DNA of 45,085 bases, filler included, from Jimgerdemannia flammicorona (Eukaryota): the NCBI GenBank assembly GCA_003990765.1. It is 2 parts of 2 records of this genome, joined end to end, with 100 filler letters (N's around TTAATTAATTAA, not from the genome) between each part and the next. Parts side by side here need not be neighbours in the genome. Positions count along the whole stretch, not along the records: positions 22,594 to 45,085 come from RBNJ01001267.1; 1 more part is not named here. One strand, 5' to 3'. Positions 33,076-45,085 of this stretch are shown here, piece after piece. Within the stretch, counting starts at the first letter, position 1, and each line of letters starts with the position of its first letter. The notes beneath the pieces were generated by a model. It saw nothing but the letters and a program-made list of their open reading frames with translations, was not told the origin of the DNA and ran no database searches. The translations under genes and the position numbers were made by a program.

Positions 33076-35823
33076 AAGAACTACAGGGACATCCTGTGCC
33101 TGCATTTACAAAAATAGTAATTTAAATGGGGGAGGCGCACCCTCGTAATAAACATCTATAGGGGCATGAAAACCAAGCCAAGTGAACGACAACCGGATTA
33201 CTCTTATGCTTGCATTCTAACCACGCGTTAAACGTAGTGCTGTCCGTTCAACCTAGTCGCCTCTCTCTCATCGTTTGGGAAAACGTATACCGGATTGCCC
33301 CCGTTCCTGATGCGCGGAATGAATCTGGCGCCACGATGGCTGATATCCATTTGTGCAATTTAGAGAGCTTCGTAAGCATGCCAACAGGTCCTGAAAACAT
33401 GGAACAAAAGCTACGGGTAGTTATAGAAACAAAGCGACAGATGCTACGGTATCATTGTTGCAAAGGCATGCTGAACCTAACAACGTGGGAGCGATCGATG
33501 CTTTTGTTCGACATGTTCAGGTACCGGACACGCAGCAGCGTAGAGTTCTTCAGTTTCAATTGGCCAGCTGATCCTTCATGACCTTTCACGTGGTTTTTAG
33601 GGCACCGATCGCACAAAAACAAAAAAAAAAGCAAGTCTTTGTAGTTGCAATGTCCCACCCAAGATAACAAGCATTTTCTTCCGTTTGGCAAGGTTGAAGC
33701 GCGGCTACCACCAAAAACTTCAAACACATTTATCCATACGGAGATTCAACATGTGCTATAGACGATGGGTCGTTTTGTTAAATTCCACCTGATTTGACAG
33801 AAGCAAATCCGTAGATTTCGAATGAATACGTCAATCGGAATTGCCATGAATGAAGTGTGAAAAGTTTGGATTCTCATGGTATCATAACTAGGAGCTATGA
33901 CCTCAAATTGATATGGGCCTTCTAGCTCACGCCTGGGTTTTTGAATATTGCGTATAAACATTCAGAGGGATTGGCTTCTTGCTACGAAAAAAGAGGACGG
34001 CCAAAAGTGACGTTTGTTCAGTCATTGTTTGCCTTATCGGGGGATCTCGTGATTAGCAAGCAAACCTTACAAATTTAGCTCGGCAAAATTTACCGAGAAA
34101 AGTCTTAAATGAAACTTAATGATTAATTATATGTCAACAAGCACCCGGGTTACCTTGCCAATAGTCAGGTTCCTAATTCGCTCAACGCCTTTGAAGATTT
34201 ACCATGAGTTTCAGCTAACTTTGAGAGAAGGAGGATGTTGATTTTTGTGTAAATTGCTTTCGTTCAACTTTTTCCATGTATTCTTTCAAGGTAACTTTCA
34301 AGTTTCGTCGACGAGGGCTTGATCCACAGAAAAAATATTGAGGAACTTTACATCATCGGGCAACAGTTGAATCAAAACCTGTTTTTCTTAATTCAGTAGC
34401 CGGTTTAAACGGGAGAAAGAAAACAGTAGTAGAGTACCTTCAAGAAACTTTAACACGGTGTATGGTCTTATGACTGACTGGGTAACATGCCATAATTGGT
34501 ATAATTGTATAAGAGGGAGCTGGTCGGCCGAATAATTTCATTTCCTAATTTTACGAACCTCGACTGGTCACAAACACTGCACCGACACACCGACATGGCG
34601 CCGCCGAACGTGGTACAAACGTAAACATTGAGCATTTTTATGACGAAGGCAACCCCCTCAACCTTGATCAGCGTCTAAATCACCGATCTGCCCAAGACTT
34701 TTCAACTGCGATCTTCGGGTAAATATTGAAGGCCTACACGCTCACATAGAAGGGTGAAACGGAAGAAAGCGGTTAGTGTCAAGCGCAGGATGCAATAGGT
34801 AAATAGATAGAGCTGGAGTAAATAAAAATTCAGGAGGAGAATATTCAAACACAATACCGAATTCTAAGAATAGAAGGAGCAAAGTTTCAGAGTCAAACAG
34901 AATCAACCAGGTACATGGTTTGTTGCCAACAAACGTCTGTTATCCGATTTGAGTTCAATTGACCCGCGCCTGTAAAAATGGCTTGATTTGTGGGCCGTTC
35001 TATCCACTCAAAACGAGTGTCATATTTGAGAAGCAGAAGAGTCAGATCCAGAAGAACTGCCGCATTTTAATTTTCGCGGATCGATCTCTGCGTGAACGGG
35101 ATACAGAGATCTTGGTGATCCCACCAATTGTGGACGTCTGTGCTCGAAGACGAGGTGATCTGAGATGCTGTGAATGAAAATCGGGACATCACTGTTTTCC
35201 AATTGCAGTGTAAGCTCATGCCGAAATGATTCGTTTGTCAAATGTACATGCCATACATGGACCATGTGCGCTGGAGGCTCGAATCATATGCGAGAATCGT
35301 TTTCTTATTACATATTATAACACTTTTTTGGGAAGGGGCGGTCCGACATCTCCGACCGGAAAAACCTCAAAGCAGAATTCTCGGAAAAGGGGGCGAAATA
35401 TATGAAACGGACAGCAAACATTACAGACAGCTCTTCAGTGTGTCACAAAAACGAATTCACAACAAAGCACAACCAACTATCGCGCCGCACCAAGCTTCTG
35501 AGCCTCTGGTTTGTTGTTGTCACGGGCTTTGTCGGCAATTTAAAGCGAGGATAGCGTATATTGATGACGAAAGTGGAGTTCCAGGATGTTTGGGAGCGTT
35601 CCCGCTCTGTCGAGGACCTTCTCTGCCGATCCTGTCCAGCCCGTTTCGGGAAATGTGCAGCGTGCGTGACTAGATTCTTCTCGGAATCCAGGACCCCGCT
35701 ATCGGGAACTGTGTTACTGGTATTTCATAATCTCTTAAAAAGCTTTAATATCAATAATCCGGGAAGCTCCTTTTTCCGGATCCCCCTTCCTCCTCCTACC
35801 CTTCTACTGTCATTTACCTTCGC

Positions 35824-36197
35824 ATGTCTGGCACGGAAATACAGCTGACATATTCTGACGAGGACAGTGGCTTCACGTTGATAGAGAAGCGGTGGGGAGT
35901 GACAATGAAGAATCCCAAGTAGTAAGTGGCAAACCAAAGTCTCAGAATTTAAACCGGCACATATGCCGCGGAAACCTCTGCTTCTTTGATTGAGTATACA
36001 AGCCATATGTAATACGTACTAATATTCATTTGGAACGTAGTATTTTGCCAAGTGACGAGACGGAGATCAACCGGCTGGATTACCAACACTACGCCATGCG
36101 GTAGGTGGACGACATAGGACGACAAGTTTATTACATGTAAGCCATTAAAATGCCTTCACAAATTAATCTAAATTGCCTTACTCTCTCTTACCGCCCA

Positions 36198-36245
<48 letters not shown>

Positions 36246-37195
36246 CGAGCTCGTTCATGGCAACTTCCAATCCCCCATTGAAGACCGCCTAGAGGAAGGA
36301 ATCCGGGTTCTGGACGGTACTATCTCATGGGTTTTCTTCGATAGGTTGCATTCACGTACACTAAATTCAATCTTATGCTAAATTTTAGCTGGCTGCGGCT
36401 CGGGCGTTTGGTGCCGTGAGATGGCTGAGGAATTCCCCGAGTCAACTTTTGTGGGCGTCGATCTGGCCACCTTTTTTAACGCGGTTGACCCCGACGATGT
36501 CCCCATTAACTGCTCCTTCCAGCAGGCAAGCATACTCCACCTGCCTTTCGAGGACGAGACCTTCGATTTCGTCATACAGCGGTTCCTCGGCATGGCCTAC
36601 TCACCTTCGGACTGGGAAACCGCTCTGAAGGAGCTCATCAGGGTGCTAAAGCCCGGCGGGTGGATTGAGCTGGCCGAGGGCAATTTCATCATGCAACGGC
36701 CGCCGGCGTGTTATCAGAGGTTCTACAATTCGCGTAAGATTTTTCTTTCTTTCCGGAATGGGGATGTTCATTAGATTGCTCGATTCAAATTACCTATCTC
36801 TCAAATTACCACAATCCAATCCACTAGAAATATATTGACTTCCCCCACCTCTCGCCATTTTGTACTTCCCAGTCGCAGCAGTCTGTCTCTCTCGCGGTGT
36901 GGACATTAGCCTCCTTCACGCCGTCCCGATGCGGCTTGCAGAGACAGGCGTCATCGAGGACATCACTATCGACTACCTAAGCATACCAACCGGATGGCAC
37001 GGCCGGATAGGTGATATCTGCCTCGCCAGTTTTGGAGCCGCCATGCGCGCCCTACGCCCTGCTATCGCGCCCACTATGGGTCTCGACAATGAGGGGTACG
37101 AGGCCATGTGCCAGGAGGTCCTCAACGGGTTCCGGGAGAAGAAGACTTGGTTTAAGGCACCCTATGGGTTTGGGATGAAGAGGGTGGAGGGGTAA
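35824..37195 (+). CDS. Class I SAM-dependent methyltransferase (LaeA-like family), 5 exons
   Basis: Exons 35824-35921, 36041-36100 (ILPSDETEINRLDYQH), 36246-36316 (GNFQSP...RVLD), 36389-36733 (AGCGSG...LPFEDETFDFV...RVLKPGGWIEL) and 36873-37195, all GT-AG and in phase. Confidence 0.92.
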
Positions 37196-37429
37196 AGCGA
37201 TGAAGATGGGAAGGCTAGGGGAGATGGAGCTTGTAATTTGGCGTTTTCGTGACGAACACAGGACAATATTTACCACTTTGTTTATTTGGTTTATGATTCA
37301 TAGTATGCGTTTCCTATTTTAATACGAACACTTTAATATCAATTATTTATTTCGCTTTTATTAGGCCAAAGCTACCCTGCGCTTTTCGAAGGTTAACACT
37401 TCTCTTCCATTTGTATATAGTTTTTAATA

Positions 37430-37510
37430 TTTTATTAAGACACACTGTAATAAGTATTTTATTAAGACGCCACTGTAGTAAGCATTTTATTAAGATCCCA
37501 TTGTGGTAAA
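37430..37510. repeat. Degenerate ~28-bp tandem repeat, 3 copies
   Basis: TTTTATTAAGA...CACTGT..TAA starts at ~37430, ~37457 and ~37485. Confidence 0.7.
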
Positions 37511-38311
37511 TTGGGCCGTTGTAGATATTTTGATTTCAACGTTTAGTAAAGAGGTGGTGTTTGAAGATGGAAATAGTGGATGGGTGATCGTTTTTTTAGA
37601 TTTGCAAAAAAAAAAAAAAAAGAAAAAAAAAAAAAAAAGAAAAAGAAAAAAAAACCGAATCAATGTTCAGCAATGCGCATACATTCACGTGTGATGAGAA
37701 TAATTTTAAAGTGCTATGAATTGGTCCGTGAGAAAGGTCTGTCTGTTGATATTAGTATAATGAAAGGGAGTTCCAACGAGAACAGTGCCTTTACCGTAGA
37801 GGATACCCTTCGTTTCTCGTGGGTTAGAATGTGCGAATATAAGACGGCACGCGCAATACGGCTGGAAAACATATTGAACAAGTACATTGTAGGTACTGCA
37901 GACTCCCGCTCCCGACTGGTGTCCGGGAATGGGATACGCGTTAATGACGTGCTATAACTTTCAAACCCCGAACTCCTCGAGTACACCGCACGTGACCACC
38001 CCTATCACAACGTAACATGCACCATGCACTTGCACCAGTGGTTGATTCTATCGAAACCATCATACCACTCATCCGCAATCCCTAGGGACATCAGGGAGCC
38101 GGCCCTGACCGCCGTTGTAACTCGGAGACGTGGTATTGCTTTATATCGAGACGAGTTCCGGTAATTGGAGGGTGAAGTCTCCCACGACCCATTGTCGTCG
38201 CCGCTGCTCTTGGCGATTTGTATGGGTTACTAGTCATGATTAGGGTTTGTAGATTTTCCTTTTCCCCTATTTTTATCCTCAATTTTTTTTTCTCTCTCGA
38301 GATTGAGCTGT

Positions 38312-38358
<47 letters not shown>

Positions 38359-40492
38359 ATTGGCTGGCGTATCATTGTATGCACTTATGTAGTAAAACAG
38401 ACACATAATTATATGAATCCATCTGTGATGCAGTACATCGACTGACTTCATAACTGCACACCACTTAGGTGAATCCATTTCTCCGACCGAACAAGAGGCG
38501 TACATCACACACTTGTATTTAGAATTCTGAAGGGGAAATGGGGCTCAAAGTATTGTGTTCTAGAATGCCTCATTTTAGGTGTAGGGAAACGATAAGAGAC
38601 GCCTCGATTTATTTTAGTCAGAGCACTGATTGTCGTCACCAAATGAGTGGCGTGACGCCGAGATTAATTATAATTATGCACTAATGAGTTTAACAGCTTA
38701 CGACATTTCCTACAAGGCGAAACACGTGGCAAGGTTCGCCTTCCGCGAGACGACCCATGACACTCCATCGTCACAAGAAACATATCTTCCGCTGAACCCA
38801 GTAGCTGTGTAAAACTCAACAAGGAGTACCGTATGCATTGAAAAACAAATCTTAACAATTAAGTGGCTGAAGTGAAAAGAGGACACCCGAAGTTCCCATA
38901 TTTTCTCTCGCCACCGCCAACCATGATATACTACTATTAACGATTTTTTACGTTCAACACAACCGACTGTTTAATGGCTTTTTTCTTCTCGAGCTTTATT
39001 TTTATTTTATTATTTATATATTTGTTTATTTGTTTATTTTATTTTTGCTCGCCTTTTCAGAACTTGAACTGCGGACTTCCATGTTATAAACAATGCCCCA
39101 ACATTCAACATTCCTGTTGGCAAAAATGTTCTGCGGTCCACCACCAACATGAGAAGCACGCAACACGACCTTCGCAATACAATAGAGCAATTTTTAGATT
39201 TTCAAATGCAATATATTATTGATATCACAACTTGCTTGCCAGATGTGGGATGACGCGTAAATTTATAGAGGAACAATTAAAAATCGAGATTTCAATTTGT
39301 TAGCGCAAGTATATTTCGGGATTCCATCTCCCCCGATCAAATACCCAAACTAGCCGGAGAATGCCATCACCTTTGCTGTCGTTAACGCGTATGGGCGAAC
39401 GTCGTCTTGTGGCCTGTTGTGAAACGGTGCCATTCGGTCTTTTCACAGATTACGGCGTTGAACACGTCGAAGGATTGGAATGAGCGTGTGAACATACAGT
39501 GTAAAACGATAGGTGAGCAAACTGGGACTTTTATTTATTCGCATAATCGACGAATATTGAATACATGCGGCCCAGCGGGCGTTACATAACATATGAAAAG
39601 AAAGAAGAGAGATTTCGAACACCGCGCTAGTACGTTTGCAATGGGTTTATGCCAGCCCAGACGTATGAATTCTTCGCCAGGATAAAATTAAAGCAAAAAA
39701 AAAAAAATTGTCAACCTTAAAATAGCGGTTGAAACCGCCGATGCACAAGAGTGATTTGCAACAGGGAAGAAACGCCGTACAGTACTTATAATTATAAATG
39801 CCCATGTGGCATACACCAGGGTGGGGGGACCCGGGTGACCTCTTCCCCTACGCAAAATAAATTTGGCACCAAAGTTACACAGATATTTTTCTCTTCTGAC
39901 GACATTTATTTAGTTTATTTATGGAGCAGCCCAGTTTTTGACTTGGCACGACGCCAACACACTATGAATACTATGAATACTATAATACTTATGAGGGCGT
40001 AACCACGAGCTCCCGACCCCTGGCGTATTTTCCTTCTCTTTCTGCGGCGTAGGAGTCGACGGAGGAATGTATGCGATATCGAGCACGGGTACAAAAATAA
40101 AGCTTGGGAATTCTGCAATCGACTTGTTTGCTTATGAAAATAGTTATGTTCAACTCTATGGCTATATTTAATAATTGAGGAAGCTGATAAGATCAAGCTT
40201 CCATTGGGCACTTTTCTTTCGTCGACGAGGTGTGGAGCGGCTAACCAGAAACACAAGCAGTCACAATGACCTAAATAGACGCAGTGATCCAAATAGATGC
40301 AGTGATCCAAATCCGAGGCAACTCCAAGAATAGCCGAAGATCAGTTTGCAACCAACTCTAAACATAGCCAACGATTAAGTAAACACATCTATCACTGGAC
40401 TTTCCTTAACTTTCATCCAAAACCATCAGTGACAAAATCCTTTCCGATTACTCCCTCTCTTCTGTAACACACTGTCCTACGCAACCCACTCG

Positions 40493-42852
40493 ATGACAGA
40501 CACGGTCAGAATCCTCAAGGACATAGTGGCGGGCCTCCCACAAACCGACGGTGTCATGTCGGCGCACCTGAACCCAGTCGAGCAGGTGTTATGCGTCGAC
40601 AACGTTGTGAACCCGACAAGCCTACAGGCGCACCTAGCGCTGCTGCGATGGCTCGATGGGCTTGAGATCCCGGATAAGATGCTCGACACCATATACTTGG
40701 TCAAGGCGGAACTGAGGTACTTGCACTGGCTCAATTATCTGAACCAGAGGAAACCGACTCAGCAAGAAATGATCGTGCCGCCGATCGGTATGTTCGCTCC
40801 TCCAATCTGGTTTGAATACGAAAAGTTGGACAGATGAGTAACGCTATTGTTGTTCGTTGGTGACTTTTGAAGACGTTGCCTGCATCTGGCACGCACACCT
40901 CCTCTCCCCTTATCGATATTATGAGGACCTCCTTCGTTTGTACCCAACAAGCGAACATATGCTTGATTACGTCTTTCCGCTCGAAAAACTGGTTAGATAC
41001 AATATTATATATACATCCAATATCGTCATGCAGCCGTCACATTGGATGAGTGCTACTCTGATTAACCCCCCCCCATTCTTTTGCTCGACTGTCTCCCGTC
41101 CACAGCATAAGGTGATTGCCAGCGGCTACCAAATCGATCTGCCGTCCGAGATAACGTGGTTGGAGTACACTGGCAATGAGCCATATGTCCTAGCTCTGAA
41201 TGACATTACCACCCGGCTGGTCGCGTTTTCCTGCCCCTGGTGCAGCAAGCAATCTGAGATCCAATGGTTTGTAGCTGAGATATGATTGGTTCCGCTCTTG
41301 CCCCGACATCTAGTTCTAATATGCTTTCTATTGTCTTTGTTCATAGGGAAACGTGGGCTAGAGTGAAAACCCAAAAGGGCCTGAGCTTTCGATGCCAACA
41401 CTGTACTGCCAAGTGCAACGCTGACACGCTCTCAGGTCGTCGTTTCCTAGACGACGTCGCTCTGTACCGACGCGACCGGACCCGATTTCTCGCGTACATT
41501 CATTTGTTCCTTCGCATATAAATCTATACAACTGTCATAATTTCTTCGCGCTACCAAACAACGAGCTAATTATCCTCCCCTTCCCTCCCTTCCCCCTCCT
41601 CCCTCGTCCCTTTCAGCGGCGGCATCATCACGACCAGAAAGGGCACTTACGAAGAGGATAAGATTATGGTGGAGCATCAGATGCTCCTTCTCGACCACGA
41701 GGCGAAGTGGCACTCTCAGTTGGCCAACGGGAAGAGTTGGCAAAATTGCGAGTGGAAGAAGATCGTGCCGACGCTAAAGGCAGTAGTGAAGGAACTGAAG
41801 CAGGAGCGCAAGGACACCAAGTTCCGGAAGCTGACCGTCGGTCGTATCCGTGGGTCTTATATGGGCCTCATCACACCGTTCTCCATCGACCTCGTCGCCG
41901 CTGTCGTGCGCCAGCGCGACTTCTCCTCGAAGATAATTGGGGTGAACATTGATTCGCAGGAGGGGTTGGCGGCTAGTGTGAGGAGGTACTTTATGTTCTT
42001 GATGTTGATGAAGAAATATTGGTATTCAAATGAGTCGTTTATCCCTACGCTGGATATTGGTAAGTGCGATAGCATATCTTTTCCTTAATTTATGATGCAA
42101 TGCTTGTGAGTTCATAACTAATCTTGACCGTTTGTAGACTTGGCCTGGCACACGCACATGCTGTTTGCACCCCGTTATCGAGCTTACACCACCGCGGCAT
42201 TAAGTCGGGTCACCAACCACGACGACACCATCAAAAAGGGGAAGCTTGATGGGAGCCTGGTGAAGACGTCCCTGAAATGGTACCAACTCTACAAAGGTAC
42301 GTATATCAATCTCAAGCTGTTCCGCCGTTCGCATCCACGAAATCCTCCGCTCATTCTCCCTCTTTCCTTTCCGACACATCAGAACCGTACACGAGCGAAA
42401 ACCTGGTACAAAGGTACTTGATTTTATGGCGAATATTCTTCGCCATCATCATGCCGCTGTACGGGATCTGGGTAATCTATATGGTGATCAAACTGCGGAA
42501 GGCGTCGCGCCGCCCAGCTTTGAACGAGAAGACGGGATCGTAAGTTACGGTTTCTTGGACAGCTTGCCGATCATGATTTAATGTGCTATACTCAATCTCC
42601 TGTTTCACCTTGTGACAGAGCGTGCGGCGCCGGCGCTGGCGACATGGCCTATACCATCTACATTGTCGACACTGGTAATGGATGTAAGTAACCCTCCTCT
42701 TCCTCCCTAGAACTGCCGTACCTATTTCCACATGCCAACCAATCAAGCTCACAAACATACCTACCCACACAGACTGCGACGGCGGCGGTTGCAGCTCGGT
42801 CACCAAGGCCGGATTGTGCGAGGCCGACACTGCGGGAGACCATGGTCACTAA
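40493..42852 (+). CDS. DUF1399 / glycine-rich-domain-containing (GRDP-like) protein, multi-exon
   Basis: Two repeats of the family motif (PPI|DVACIWHAHLLSPYRYYEDL; PTLDI|DLAWHTHML...NHDD), FSIDLVAAVVRQRDF, CPWC/CQHC, a hydrophobic segment and a Gly/Cys-rich tail. Confidence 0.85.
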
Positions 42853-43814
42853 TGTGGTGTGGGACTGTCGGGATGCGTGGCCGTTGAGGTGACGGATGGC
42901 TTGTATTTATGCCATGTGTATTTTCATGTATATACATACAGTGGTAGCGCTTTGTGATGTCGATGTATAATATATATATATATATTTACGTATATATTGC
43001 CTATGCTAATGCATCAATGCGAGCTTCTACATAGCAGGCATACTTCGACATATGCATCCGTACTTGAAATCGCGTGGCCTCTGAGGGCATACATATTTGT
43101 ATTTTGTATTTTCTATTTCTATTGTATGGTCTTTCAAACGATTAAATACCTAGTTCGTCCACACGCTAACCGGGTGGAACCACTTGACATACGTCACGCG
43201 TTTTTTTTTTTTTTTTTTCTCTGTTAACCCAAATGTTTGTGCAAATTTAAGGCCGTATGATCATTTGCTGCGCACCTAATTCGGGCACATGGGCCATGAC
43301 CAGCTGACAACTTGGGTACAAATATATATTACTTATTTCATAAGAACCCCAAAAAAAAGATAGATATAGATACATATTACAAAGGCCAAGCCAGAAAGAA
43401 ATGGGGAAAGGGGAGAAAAAAAAAAAGCTATTTTATATACAGGCCGAGCCTCGTTCTCCTTATCTACACACCACGGACATATACATACAATGGGCACCCG
43501 ATATAAAGGGCATTGTCCTGGAAGTGTCCGTCCAGACTCGAAATTGGAATAACCAGACACGCAAATGTCTATCGAAAGTTCTTATGTACATAGTTATAAG
43601 AATACGACAGAAAGAGGGGGGGAAAAAAAAGAGGGCGGAAAATAAAAAAAGAAAAGGAAACCGAATAAAAAAAAAGATATGTATTGTTCGATTTTGCAAC
43701 GGATGGATGGTGTACTCGCCAGTAGCTAAATTTGTTTAGATCACAATAGATCACAAGCGAAATTGTCGTCTCATCTCGTCTCATCTCGTCTCGACCAATC
43801 CCGCCCCTAGTTGC

Positions 43815-45035
43815 TCAATCCAAAAACTGGCCCGTCAAGATCGCATTCGTCATCGGGCTGGCCGGGCGGTCAGGCACAGCAGCCTGGAGCCTGACGGCTT
43901 CGAACCTGCTCTTGGGGTAGTCCGTGCGGGACTTAGGGGTCGGGGTAGGGGGGCCAAAGAAGTTGTGATCCGTAGTGTGAGTAGGCGAGGTGCTAGCCGA
44001 GTGCGAGAGGAAACTCGGGTAGGACGGCAACGGAGCCGGCAGCGGGGTGGTAAAGTGCACGCTTGGGAGGGTCTTGGCGCGCTGGAGTGAGTGAGTCGTG
44101 TCTGGGATGGTTGAGGAAAAGAAGGGGGGAGGGGGGGGGTTAGGATGACATGAGGAGGGGGGAGGGGCGAAAGGAGAATAGGGAGTAGACTTACTGGTTG
44201 GAGAGGAACTTAGCACGGATGAGGAGCTTGGCACGGATGAGGCGGGAAGGGTGGTGGTGAAGGCCGGGAGGGAGTGATCCTGGAGCTGTTTTGGTGAAGG
44301 GATGTGAGTACGATTACTTGTTTTCATTCGCGATATAAATTCCAGTCTCAGAGAGGGACATCCATTTGGTTAGATTTTTGTTGTTCCTGTGAGACTGCGA
44401 TCAAAGCGATTATTTATGAAATGATACCCCCCAGTGGGTCGATGAGTCCATGTAGTGCTATTGTTGGACTGGGCTGGGCTGGCGGGGCCGCATAGCGGAG
44501 ATGAGAGAGGCGAAGCAAGAGTGCAATATACCGATGCGGGTGGTGGTTGGCAAGTAGTATCACCTAAACGATTGATATCTAGTGATGATGTAACGTTCGT
44601 TCGGAATCGAGTTGTTCTACAAGCAATCCAGTAAATGATTATGTCGGTTCGACTCATGATTCGATAGCACGTTGATGATATAAAATGAACGAGATCCATT
44701 GCACTCCCTGACTGGAACGATACTCCAACGACACATGATCTATGCATCCATCCTTCTCGCGATCTGCATTGCCTATCCTACAAATTACGTATTTCTAACG
44801 CTCTACGTACCGTGAATCCAGACCCGGCCTGCCCTGGGGGGCTTCCGACGATGCCAGCGGAGCCCCACGTGCCAGAGAGGCGACGGTTGAACGAAGGCGA
44901 CGGGAGCGGCGAGGATCCGTACATGGCTGGGGCGCCGGTGGGCCAGCCGAGGCTGCCAGAGATGGACTGACTGCGCTGGCGGCGTGTGGATGTAGAGAAT
45001 GGTAGGGGAGTTTGCGGGGGAAGGGTCGAGGTCAT
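43815..45035 (-). CDS. Ser/Pro-rich uncharacterised fungal protein ending RPASPMTNAILTGQFLD; internal exon structure uncertain
   Basis: First exon MTSTLPP...RRQRSQSIS...RRLS followed by a GTACGT donor. Terminal ORF 43815-44327 has a non-random C-terminal motif. Confidence 0.65.
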
Positions 45036-45085
45036 GGATGAGAGAGAGAGAGAGCGCAGAGATACGGTGGGGTTGTTGGGGGGGG

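Noticed and set aside
37503..38508. Poly-Lys/poly-Phe ORFs
   Set aside because: Translations of A/T homopolymer runs.
39915..40310. Minus-strand ORF starting with DHC(I/V)YL repeats
   Set aside because: Produced by an 18-bp tandem repeat upstream of the DUF1399 gene; non-ATG start and no coding signal.

Overview
Eukaryotic, intron-rich fungal DNA. A Mucoromycota/Endogonales-like origin is inferred from gene style only. The window holds two contigs joined by an artificial 100-nt N/TTAATTAATTAA/N linker (22494-22593). Bases 1-21456 are a CpG-depleted nest of transposons heavily eroded by C>T/G>A changes. Its backbone is a minus-strand Ty3/Gypsy chromovirus with ~2.08-kb LTRs. Inserted into it are a full-length L1-type LINE (in gag), a solo LTR of the same family (in the 3' LTR), two hAT-type foldback MITEs with perfect 8-bp TSDs, and an unidentified element. 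Two features of the chromovirus stand out: a dUTPase in frame between the Gag zinc knuckle and the protease, and a ~365-codon ORF of unknown function inside U3 of every LTR copy. This layout parallels the betaretroviral (MMTV-like) organisation. The rest of the window is CpG-normal gene space: the 3' part of a selenocysteine-lyase-like gene, a class-3 lipase pseudogene, an IFI27/ISG12-like small protein, MED31/SOH1, a degenerate small Cys-rich protein, one pseudogenised and one intact SAM methyltransferase, a DUF1399/GRDP-like gene and a Ser/Pro-rich protein. All translations and alignments were done by eye, with no database searches.
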